This document shows, in pieces, positions 18,251-26,659 of a DNA stretch of 41,460 nt. Under the pieces are notes generated by a model that was not told the origin of the DNA, ran no database searches, and saw only the letters and a list, made by a program, of their open reading frames with translations. This DNA is from an uncultured Methanosarcinales archaeon. GTDB lineage: Archaea; Nanobdellota; Nanobdellia; Woesearchaeales; GW2011-AR9. A program made the position numbers and the translations under genes. The first letter of the stretch is position 1, and every line of letters begins with the position of its first letter. The stretch is taken from NCBI GenBank assembly GCA_964405725.1, contig CAYOOY010000005.1, positions 2,636-44,095 on the forward strand. The letters run 5' to 3'.

Positions 18251-19372
18251 ATGGATAAGATTTCATGGGGGCCTAAAGCGAATGAGGATTATTTCAGGCC
18301 AAGATTTGAAGAATTCTTAGAAAGTGGAACTCTTGAAGATGCCTGTCGTGATAAGAAAGGAAGATTAAAACATATAGTTAGTGCCGAACATTTTGATCTT
18401 GAATTTCTTGCAACAATTCGTGATACTGCAAATGCAGCAAGACGTATTTCTAAAATTGAGCCAAATTATCTTAAACAAATATTACGACATGTTTCAGTTC
18501 TGAATTATTTTCATCAACCAAGTACGCGCACATTTCTCTCATTCTCACGAGCCGAATCAAAGTTAGGTATGCAGCGTGAAGATGTTCGTGACCTAAAAAC
18601 ATCATCCGCAGCAAAAGGGGAATCAGATCTTGATGCCCTTCGAACGCAAAGTTCATTTTATGAAGGAATGGTAATTAGACATCCAAGTAATTATTTTGCA
18701 CAGTTTGCTGTATGGGCAATGGAACATTCAAAACGACCACTTAAAACAATTAGTGCTGGAGCTGGAACCAAAGAACACCCAACACAAGCTATTTTGGATT
18801 ATTATACTAGTATTGAATCATTAGGATCGCTTGATAAAGCAGTTGTAGCATTTTATGGAGATTGTAAACGTGGAAGAACAGTTCATTCTCTTTCACGACT
18901 TTTAGCGTTACACGAAAATGTCATGATTTATTTTGTAGCACCAGAAGAATTACAGATTGATGAAGAAACTGAAAAATATCTTATATCTCGTAATGTAAGG
19001 GTAGAAAAGTATGTAAGAGGAATTGGATCAATTCCACAACTTGCTAACATCAATTATGTTACAAGATTACAAAAAGAGTATGGTAGTGATGATGAAGTAT
19101 ATCCAAAAAAATACATATTCAATAAAAGTCATCTTGATATGATGCGTAAAGATTCTATTTTAATGCATCCATTTCCAAAAAAAGAAGAAATTGTGCCTCA
19201 GCTAGGTACTAGTAATGATAATCGGATAATGTGGTGGCGTCAGCAGCGAAATGGCATGTGGACACGCCTTGCGACTCTTGCGTATTTATTTAATGTGGAT
19301 GATAATATACGAGATAAATGGTATAAAATTAAGCCGAAGATAGATAAACTCTCTTCGCTCACCACTCAATAA
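18251..19372 (+). CDS. pyrB: Aspartate carbamoyltransferase catalytic-chain-like protein with an N-terminal extension
   Basis: HQPSTRTFLSF (STRT carbamoyl-phosphate motif), VIRHP, KEHPTQAILD, GDCKRGRTVHSLSRLL and LMHPFP (ATCase-type HPxP rather than OTCase HCLP). About 40 extra N-terminal residues. No pyrI in the window. Confidence 0.7.
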   Translation: MDKISWGPKANEDYFRPRFEEFLESGTLEDACRDKKGRLKHIVSAEHFDLEFLATIRDTANAARRISKIEPNYLKQILRHVSVLNYFHQPSTRTFLSFSRAESKLGMQREDVRDLKTSSAAKGESDLDALRTQSSFYEGMVIRHPSNYFAQFAVWAMEHSKRPLKTISAGAGTKEHPTQAILDYYTSIESLGSLDKAVVAFYGDCKRGRTVHSLSRLLALHENVMIYFVAPEELQIDEETEKYLISRNVRVEKYVRGIGSIPQLANINYVTRLQKEYGSDDEVYPKKYIFNKSHLDMMRKDSILMHPFPKKEEIVPQLGTSNDNRIMWWRQQRNGMWTRLATLAYLFNVDDNIRDKWYKIKPKIDKLSSLTTQ

Positions 19373-20045
19373 CTGCTTCAGGAGTATCTTCATTTAGAAA
19401 AAATAATTGAATTTCTGCGTTACAATATGTTTTAACCAAATTTGCTGTTTCTTTAGCAACACTTTTTAGTTTTGCCGATGAGATTGGAGGAAGGGATTCA
19501 AAATGGATCAATGCAGTGGTTGAATCAGAAGCGATTTTTGTATTACTATTTTTCCAATAATCAAATTTTGCACCAAGCGCAGTAGTAGCATCTTTATAAT
19601 AGAGATCACCTTTTTTGATTTTGCGCAATATCCCTCGTTTCTCTTTTCCTTTCGCAATTTTAAAAGTAATATCTCCAGTTGTTTTTTCAAAATCGTCAAG
19701 TCCGTACGGAATGAAATGTTTTAATGCGACACTTTTAACAATATTAGTTATAGGATCTTTTTCAATAATACTTCTTTTACCTAAAGCTTGTCTTTGAAGC
19801 CGCTCAAGTGAAGTAGTGAGATGTTTAGATCCTAAATGTACCTTAGCACTATTATATGAAGAAATAAGTTGGTTATATTTTTTATTGTTTTTATGAAGAA
19901 TTGCTTTAATTAAAGCTTGAGATTCTTTAAGCATCTCTTGTGATTCTGCAAAATGTAATGATTGATCAATATTAGTTGCGAGAATGAATGCAATTTGTAA
20001 ATCGGGAAATTTGGAAAACACTTCTTTTGTAATTTTAATTTTCAT
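19359..20045 (-). CDS. B3/B4 (PheRS-beta-like tRNA-binding) domain protein
   Basis: The overall pattern resembles the COG3382 family: MKIKITKEVFSKFPDLQIAFILATNID...DPITNIVKSVALKHFIPYGLDD...ITFKIAKGKE. This is from memory, not a search. Confidence 0.45.
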   Translation of the reverse strand: MKIKITKEVFSKFPDLQIAFILATNIDQSLHFAESQEMLKESQALIKAILHKNNKKYNQLISSYNSAKVHLGSKHLTTSLERLQRQALGKRSIIEKDPITNIVKSVALKHFIPYGLDDFEKTTGDITFKIAKGKEKRGILRKIKKGDLYYKDATTALGAKFDYWKNSNTKIASDSTTALIHFESLPPISSAKLKSVAKETANLVKTYCNAEIQLFFLNEDTPEAVIEW

Positions 20046-20362
20046 TTTTTACGTAACTTCGTTCGCTTTCGTCTTGGACGAATAATTGTTGGTTTCATTC
20101 GTCGCAGAAATTTTTTCATTATTGTTGGTTTATCTTTAGAAGTTTCAATCTTCATCTTAGTATTTAATGTATCTAAGTTAAAACGAATGTCTTCAAGTAA
20201 TTTTACTTTTTGCCGCTCATAATACACACGAACAACAAGGAGAAGAACATAAAGACCAAATATCCCACCAATAAGTAAACTAAGTTTAGCTAGAAGCGGT
20301 TGAATTAGATCAAATAACGGTTGAAGACCGCCTAGTTCTGCCACAGGAACTTGAAAAAGCAT
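20042..20362 (-). CDS. Small single-pass membrane protein with a basic C-terminus
   Basis: 106 aa with one hydrophobic helix (LSLLIGGIFGLYVLLLVV) and an RPRRKRTKLRKK tail. There is a 4-nt overlap with the downstream gene. Confidence 0.5.
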   Translation of the reverse strand: MLFQVPVAELGGLQPLFDLIQPLLAKLSLLIGGIFGLYVLLLVVRVYYERQKVKLLEDIRFNLDTLNTKMKIETSKDKPTIMKKFLRRMKPTIIRPRRKRTKLRKK

Positions 20363-20462
20363 ATCTGAAGGGAAGATGTTTTATTTTATATGTCTTGTGG
20401 TGAGGGGCCGTCATTTATTATGAGACGTAACCTATTTAAAAGAGGGAACTTTGTAATGATTT

Positions 20463-21287
20463 ATGGAAGTTGGCGGACAAGCAGTAATTGAAGGAGTAAT
20501 GATGCGTAATAAACGCAAGTTTGCAATTGCTGTGCGTACCCCTAGTGGAGAAATAAAAATTAAAAAAGAGCGAAGTACGTATTTTCCCAAATTTTGGAAT
20601 AAACCATTTCTAAGAGGCGTCGTTGGATTAGCGTATACCTTATATGATGGTATTCGCGCATTAATATGGAGTGGTAACCAACAATCTAAAGAAGAAGAAA
20701 AAATGACAAAAAAAGAAATTATTATTACTTTAACCCTATCATTTTTGTTTTCAATTTTTCTTTTTATTGTTGTTCCTTTTTTTTCAGCTCAATGGATTGG
20801 AGGAAATGGTAAATGGTTTGATGTGTTTGATGGCATTTTTCGTGTGGTAATGTTTTTAGGTTACATACTCATTATTTCATTAATGAAGGATGTGAGAACA
20901 TTATTTCAATATCATGGTGCTGAACATAAAAGTATTTACTGTCACGAATCAGGAGAAGAACTAACTGTTAGTAATGTTAAAAAATTTAGTAGATTCCATC
21001 CTCGTTGTGGTACATCGTTTATTTTTGTAGTATTGATATTATCCATTTTTATGTTCTCTTTTATTCAGGGACCAATGTGGATGAAATTTGTTGGAAGGAT
21101 TTTGCTTCTGCCGGTACTTGCAGCATTAGGATATGAATTAATTAAGTTAAGTGCCAAATTTGATAAAAATGTCATTGTGAAAATATTGATTGCACCTGGT
21201 TTGTGGATTCAACGTTTAACAACTAAAGAGCCGAGTGATAAACAGCTTGAAGTTGGCATTGCAAGTTTGAAGGCTGTATTGGATTAG
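20463..21287 (+). CDS. DUF1385 (YqhQ-like) membrane protein
   Basis: GGQAVIEGVMMRN at the N-terminus, YHGAEHK, RFHPRCGT, and several TM helices. Confidence 0.75.
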   Translation: MEVGGQAVIEGVMMRNKRKFAIAVRTPSGEIKIKKERSTYFPKFWNKPFLRGVVGLAYTLYDGIRALIWSGNQQSKEEEKMTKKEIIITLTLSFLFSIFLFIVVPFFSAQWIGGNGKWFDVFDGIFRVVMFLGYILIISLMKDVRTLFQYHGAEHKSIYCHESGEELTVSNVKKFSRFHPRCGTSFIFVVLILSIFMFSFIQGPMWMKFVGRILLLPVLAALGYELIKLSAKFDKNVIVKILIAPGLWIQRLTTKEPSDKQLEVGIASLKAVLD

Positions 21288-21290
21288 AAA

Positions 21291-22625
21291 TTACAACAAT
21301 TCAGCAGCCAACCTTGCTACTTCACTACGTTCAGATTTCGTTAAAATCACAGGTGAAAAGATATCCTGACCCAAGAATCGTTTCGTCAAATATGTTAACC
21401 CGTTACTTTCACGATCCATGTAAGGATGATCAATTTGATACGGATCACCATTAAAAATTATTTTTGATCCTTGCGCTACTCGAGTTGCAAGAAGTTTTGT
21501 ATTCTTACGATCTAAATTCTGCGCTTCATCTACAATAATGTATGAATGAGACAAATTCCTCCCACGAGCAAATGTTGGAGTCATAAACCTAAGGATTTCT
21601 TTTTGGACCATATAATGAAGACCCATATTATCTACTTCAAAGACTTCACCATCATCTGTTGGTTTTCTTCTAGCACCATCTGAAATAGATTCATATGCAT
21701 CTTTAATAGCTTCCATAAATGGACCCATCTTTTCTTCAAGAGACCCTGGCAAATATCCTAAATCTTTTCCTGCTGTTTCAACTGGCCTAATAATAATAAT
21801 ACGTTTATATTGACCCTCACGAAGTTTTTGAATACCAACAGCAAGAGGAATAATTGTCTTTCCAGTCCCTGCTTGGCCTAATGCTGACATTATTTTAATA
21901 TCATCATCTAAACACGCATGTAATAAATAGGCTTGCTCTTTGTTTCGAGGCCTTATTGAATTAACATTATCTGGGAGATGAAGACGAGAAAACTGGTGCC
22001 TTTGGCCTCGTTTTCTATAGCGCATTAACATTCCACCATCCCCTTCCAAAAATAGATATTGATTATTAATCAGATCATCAAATTCGCTTGATTCGCCAAG
22101 TGTTACTCTTCCCCTACTTCTAAGGGTATCCCGATCATTTGAATCAAGATCTATGCAATCTGGAATTTGAAGTATGTCTGTAATTGATGCACCTTTTCTT
22201 GCCTCACGTAAGAATTCTGCTTTATGACCACGTGCAATTGCTTTTGTCAAAAGACCAGTATCCTCTGCGAGAAGTACATACTGATTTCCGTCATCTTTGT
22301 GTGTTTCTAAATAATCAACAAGAGCATCATCTGCATCTCTAAATTTTTTGTGAGGTCCACTAAAGACTACTTGCAAGGTTCCACGACCTTCTGGTATTTC
22401 TCTGCTTCCTGTATTTTGTTGTTGTTGCAAGGTATCATGAATTACATGAATGGCTTGTCCGGCATTATATCTACTCTCTCTATCAATACGCATATCTTGG
22501 CGATTAGCATCTAATTCATCCAACACCTCGGAGTGTACATATAAAGTTCCACTTAAATTAAGAAGTATCTTATAATCATCCATCAGAACGGACGTGTCAA
22601 GAAGTCGGTGCTTTTCTTTACTCAT
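21291..22625 (-). CDS. PIN-domain plus PhoH-like ATPase fusion (PhoH2-type)
   Basis: N-terminal PIN acidic residues (LLDTSVLMDD, EVLDELD, LLAEDTGL) and a C-terminal PhoH P-loop (ALGQAGTGKT) with Walker B (YIIVDEAQNL). Confidence 0.85.
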   Translation of the reverse strand: MSKEKHRLLDTSVLMDDYKILLNLSGTLYVHSEVLDELDANRQDMRIDRESRYNAGQAIHVIHDTLQQQQNTGSREIPEGRGTLQVVFSGPHKKFRDADDALVDYLETHKDDGNQYVLLAEDTGLLTKAIARGHKAEFLREARKGASITDILQIPDCIDLDSNDRDTLRSRGRVTLGESSEFDDLINNQYLFLEGDGGMLMRYRKRGQRHQFSRLHLPDNVNSIRPRNKEQAYLLHACLDDDIKIMSALGQAGTGKTIIPLAVGIQKLREGQYKRIIIIRPVETAGKDLGYLPGSLEEKMGPFMEAIKDAYESISDGARRKPTDDGEVFEVDNMGLHYMVQKEILRFMTPTFARGRNLSHSYIIVDEAQNLDRKNTKLLATRVAQGSKIIFNGDPYQIDHPYMDRESNGLTYLTKRFLGQDIFSPVILTKSERSEVARLAAELL

Positions 22626-23194
22626 CGTTTTACATGATTCAGAATTGCATCGTACTCTTTAAATCGAACATCTACCCAATACTGAAATTCCTCTTTAAAA
22701 TAATCCCTTGCGCCATTTACAAGTTGCCGGCCTAAATGAGAATAAGTATCGCTATCAATAGTACGCAACACATGGTACTCGATAGATTGGGGATTTAGAT
22801 CTTGCTTGTTAAACCTCTCAAAAAATCGGGCACCCTGTGTATGAATGCGATCCCGCATTTCATCTGCGCTTAATTCTCTTTCTCCCACTTCCATATCTTG
22901 CAACATATCAAATAACTTGATACGAGATTCTTCCTGAAATCTTCCCTTGCAACCGCGCTTATCTGTTCCTGATGTAAATGAAACATATGAAGATCTTGAA
23001 AAATGTAATACATTAAGACTATAGGCTAATCCTACCTGTTCATCGTCAAATCCATTAATATGGTCTGTAAATGTCTGTGGACATTGTAATCTTCCAAGAA
23101 TATGATGCATTGAGTATTGTTTTGCTCTTCTTTGTATTTTATCGCGAGCTGATTGACTCAAATTCGGAGAATATGTAGGAATCTTTATACGCAT
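22622..23194 (-). CDS. Hypothetical 190-aa protein translationally coupled to the PIN-PhoH gene
   Basis: The ORF overlaps the downstream PIN-PhoH start by 4 nt. I recognise no motif. A TATA-like CTTAAATAC lies about 30 nt upstream of its ATG. Confidence 0.6.
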   Translation of the reverse strand: MRIKIPTYSPNLSQSARDKIQRRAKQYSMHHILGRLQCPQTFTDHINGFDDEQVGLAYSLNVLHFSRSSYVSFTSGTDKRGCKGRFQEESRIKLFDMLQDMEVGERELSADEMRDRIHTQGARFFERFNKQDLNPQSIEYHVLRTIDSDTYSHLGRQLVNGARDYFKEEFQYWVDVRFKEYDAILNHVKR

Positions 23195-23269
23195 AGACTT
23201 GTGAGCTGAATTTTTGTATTTAAGCGTTTATGTGGTTGAATGAGTATATCAAAAATCAAGTATTCAAAA

Positions 23270-25669
23270 TCAACATACTTGACTTACATGATCCAATTTT
23301 CTGATTCTAATAACATTTTCAACAAAGCTCTCAATTTTTGGTTCATGAGAAACAATTATGATCTGTTTTAATGATAATCGCTCAATTACTTCTCTAACTT
23401 TATCAAGTTGTTCGTGAGAAAAACCATCCGTTGGCTCATCAAGAATAAGAAGATCTTTTGTATTGATAGTATGAATAACATCATTTATTACTTTGTTTAA
23501 TGCCAACCTATACGCAAGGGCGGCAGATGTCTTTTCACCACCACTTAAGTTGGCAAAACTCACTTCATACCCGTTTTGTTCAATTATTGGCGTGAATTGT
23601 TCATCTAAACGCGCATACATATGCTCACAATCAATCAACATGGAAAACCACTCCTGGAAAAGTTCATTAAAAAGTCTATAGATATGGTGCATTACATGTT
23701 TCTCAATACTATGAGTAATTTTAAGAAAATGTGATTCAAGCCAAAATTTAAGTTCTTGTTGCCTATGAAGAGTTTGTTTGTATGATTCTACTTTTTCTAA
23801 TAGCAAATTTGTTTTTACAAGAGTTTCTTGTAAATGTTGCAAAGTAGTTTTCATTTTAGTTTCAGTTAGTGAGAGTTCTTTTTCTTGCTCATGAGTTTGA
23901 GTAAGATCTTTTCGTAGCTCTGTTATACGCGGTGTGTTATCTTTTACATTTTCAAGATGTAACTTTAATTTGCTGAAATGTATTCGATCTGCTTGAATTT
24001 CTTGATGAAGTGTATCAATTGCAATTGTAATTGATGCTAGCTCTTGATTCATTCGTTTATTAGTCGCTACATGCTTTACTTTATCTTGTAATTGTTTCTG
24101 CTGGAGCTGTAAATTGGTAATTACTTTGGTGGCATTCAATTCTGTACTTTTTTCCATAAGTTCATTGTTAAGATTAATATGTATCTGTAATTTCTCATTA
24201 AATATATCAAGCTCTTGTTGCTGTACATTTATTTTTTCTAGTTGATTTGAATATGTGATTATTTTTTGTTGGGCCATGCCAACTTCTTCAAGAAGGGTAC
24301 TTGTTTCTTTTTGTTGATTTTTGATCTCTTGTAATTTTTTCTCATATCCATCTAGAAGATTTTGCGCTTGCTGAACTTTAGTATGTTCTTTTTGAGTAAT
24401 GCCATCCTTATGTTCAGAGGTAACATTCTGTAAACAAGTTGGGCACAAATCAAGAGAAGAAATTTTAGTTACAAGATCGTGAGAATGTGATAAAAGTGTT
24501 GCATTTTTGGTAATTCCTTGTTCTGTAGTAAGTGCTAATTGAGCTAACTGATGTTGCTTATTTGTAAGATCTTCTTTAGTTTGAATTTTTTCTTGAAGTG
24601 TTGAAATTAGTTGTAGTAATTCTGGCTTATGTTCTTGGTTTTTGGCAATTGCAGTAATTTGTTGTTTTGTTTCTACAATAATACTTTGAGCAGATTTAAT
24701 TTCTTGATTTATTTCGGCATCTTTCTTTTGAATATACACATGTCTTCGAGACACATCAGCAAGTTCTTTTTCAAGATCATCTTCTTGAATTTTTGGTAAT
24801 TGACTTATTGTTGTTTGTAACTCTTGCTGTTCTTTTATCTTCTTTTGAAGAGTTATTTCTTTTTGTTCTAAAATTGCTTTTAGAGTAGTATGCTCATTCT
24901 TAATTTTGTTAAATTCTTGTTGTTTCTCTTCTAATATCGAAAGCTCTTGCGTTATTTGTCCAATATGTTCACGGGCTTGATGAAGTAACGGAAGAAATTC
25001 ATCAATTGTCTTGATATGATGTTCAATATTTTTGGTAGTGTGATTTTTTTCATCAAGATATTGTTGATATGGCTCACATCTTGTCTTTAGGATAGTTAAA
25101 GAGGACCTCATTTTTTTAAGATATGTTTGTACATTTTCACGAATTTGTTTGTATTTATCAACATTGAATATTTTTCGTAAAACATCCATGCGAACTTCAG
25201 GAATCTCAGTAAGTATCTGTTTCATTTCTTCTTGGGGCGTGTATATAGTGTAACGAAAGATGAAATTTTTTGTTTTAGTAAGTAATTCTAGAGGGTAGCC
25301 AAGAAGAGAAATCATCTCTGATTTCATTTCAATTGGCATGAGGTCCTTTTGTACACCATTAATTGTAATATGTCCTGCTTGCTGTTTAACACTATTCTTA
25401 TCTTTCTTTAAATTTCGTTTAATCACTATTTGTTTGTTTGGTAATGAAAAATGTAATTCAACATATCCAGAGGTTTTTCCTTTTCGTAAAAGAAAATCTC
25501 CAGGAAGATTAGTTCTTGAAGTACCAAATAGAGCAAATTCTATAGCGAGAAGAATTGAAGATTTACCACTTCCAATATCTCCAGCAAGAACAGAATTTCC
25601 GGGCCTGAAATTGATTGTTTCATCTGTATATGATCTTATATTGTGGAGTTTGAGAGTCTCAAGAAGCAT
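23270..25669 (-). CDS. rad50: Rad50-type SMC-like ATPase with a central CxxC zinc hook
   Basis: Walker A GDIGSGKSSILLAIEFALFG, long heptad-rich coiled coils, LDLCPTCLQNV at mid-length, signature LSGGEKTSAALAYRLAL, Walker B LLILDEPTDGF, H-loop IIIVSHEP. Confidence 0.85.
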   Translation of the reverse strand: MLLETLKLHNIRSYTDETINFRPGNSVLAGDIGSGKSSILLAIEFALFGTSRTNLPGDFLLRKGKTSGYVELHFSLPNKQIVIKRNLKKDKNSVKQQAGHITINGVQKDLMPIEMKSEMISLLGYPLELLTKTKNFIFRYTIYTPQEEMKQILTEIPEVRMDVLRKIFNVDKYKQIRENVQTYLKKMRSSLTILKTRCEPYQQYLDEKNHTTKNIEHHIKTIDEFLPLLHQAREHIGQITQELSILEEKQQEFNKIKNEHTTLKAILEQKEITLQKKIKEQQELQTTISQLPKIQEDDLEKELADVSRRHVYIQKKDAEINQEIKSAQSIIVETKQQITAIAKNQEHKPELLQLISTLQEKIQTKEDLTNKQHQLAQLALTTEQGITKNATLLSHSHDLVTKISSLDLCPTCLQNVTSEHKDGITQKEHTKVQQAQNLLDGYEKKLQEIKNQQKETSTLLEEVGMAQQKIITYSNQLEKINVQQQELDIFNEKLQIHINLNNELMEKSTELNATKVITNLQLQQKQLQDKVKHVATNKRMNQELASITIAIDTLHQEIQADRIHFSKLKLHLENVKDNTPRITELRKDLTQTHEQEKELSLTETKMKTTLQHLQETLVKTNLLLEKVESYKQTLHRQQELKFWLESHFLKITHSIEKHVMHHIYRLFNELFQEWFSMLIDCEHMYARLDEQFTPIIEQNGYEVSFANLSGGEKTSAALAYRLALNKVINDVIHTINTKDLLILDEPTDGFSHEQLDKVREVIERLSLKQIIIVSHEPKIESFVENVIRIRKLDHVSQVC

Positions 25670-25789
25670 GAATTTTGCGTAATTGGGATGTTAATATAGG
25701 TTTATATGGTACGGGATATAATTTAACCACAAACTATTTATAAAATAGCTTCAATTTTACCATGTAGAGGTTCTTGATGTTCTTAGACT

Positions 25790-26611
25790 ATGAAAAAACT
25801 ACTCCCTATATTGTTAGCTTCGCAAATGGCGTGTACTACTGTGAAGGTCATTTATGTTGATCAGAAGCAACATTCAATTCAAGATGCATTGCAACATACA
25901 CCTTATTCTTCTATGCATGTGAGTGGCCAATATATGGTTGGTGAAAAGGTAAAATATTCTATTATTGAAGTTAAACAAGGTCGAAGAACAGTAGCAACAT
26001 TTCGTAGTCCTAATGGATTTGAAGAAGGAGAAGTGTTGCAGAAAAGAAATTATTCCGTAATGGAGCGACATTACCCATACAAAGAGACTGATTCTTCTGT
26101 TAGTGAATTTTTTGTAAATGGCAATTCAATTGGGTATGGGTTGCATGTTAAGGGCAGTGCAATTGGGACAATTAAAATGACAAATGTTCCCACAAATAAA
26201 TTTTCTCCTGGAGCAAAAGCAAGGACCTATAGAGATCGATTTGGTGAACATGGTACTAATTTTCAAGAAACAAGTGTGGATGTAGAAAAAAATGGTAAAA
26301 CAAATTCGCGCACAATATATCGTCAAGGACGACCATGGAAACAAATAAGTGTTCATTACAATGGACCAAAATCAGCCATACGTGTACAAAAAACGTTCAA
26401 CTATGAACAAGAATATGCTGGATTTAACAAAGTGGATACAGATACATGGATTTCTACAGAAACACATATTTCTCGCATAACCTTTCCCATAATAGTTCGT
26501 GGGATGAATTGTGAAGGAACTATATGTCGAAATCTCGAGGACTTGATACAAAAAGAATGTTGCGTTAAAGGAGAAGTTGTGGTTGGAAAAGACGCGTTGT
26601 TTGTTAATTGA
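25790..26611 (+). CDS. Putative lipoprotein or secreted protein, function unknown
   Basis: The N-terminus MKKLLPILLASQMAC is a signal peptide with a lipobox-like Cys. The C-terminus has a Cys cluster (CEGTICRN...ECC). Confidence 0.55.
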   Translation: MKKLLPILLASQMACTTVKVIYVDQKQHSIQDALQHTPYSSMHVSGQYMVGEKVKYSIIEVKQGRRTVATFRSPNGFEEGEVLQKRNYSVMERHYPYKETDSSVSEFFVNGNSIGYGLHVKGSAIGTIKMTNVPTNKFSPGAKARTYRDRFGEHGTNFQETSVDVEKNGKTNSRTIYRQGRPWKQISVHYNGPKSAIRVQKTFNYEQEYAGFNKVDTDTWISTETHISRITFPIIVRGMNCEGTICRNLEDLIQKECCVKGEVVVGKDALFVN

Positions 26612-26659
26612 CTACTTTTTAGGGACAAATTTATAAAGAAATACTCATTTTAAGTATAA

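Noticed and set aside
23270-25669. Antisense ORFs within rad50 (23493..23681 and 25338..25682), together with similar antisense ORFs inside purA, argS, the PaaK-like gene, the kinase-like gene, the TK-like gene and the RSH gene
   Set aside because: All are short, lack start-site signals and lie opposite long ORFs with clear family motifs. Such shadows are typical in AT-rich coding DNA.
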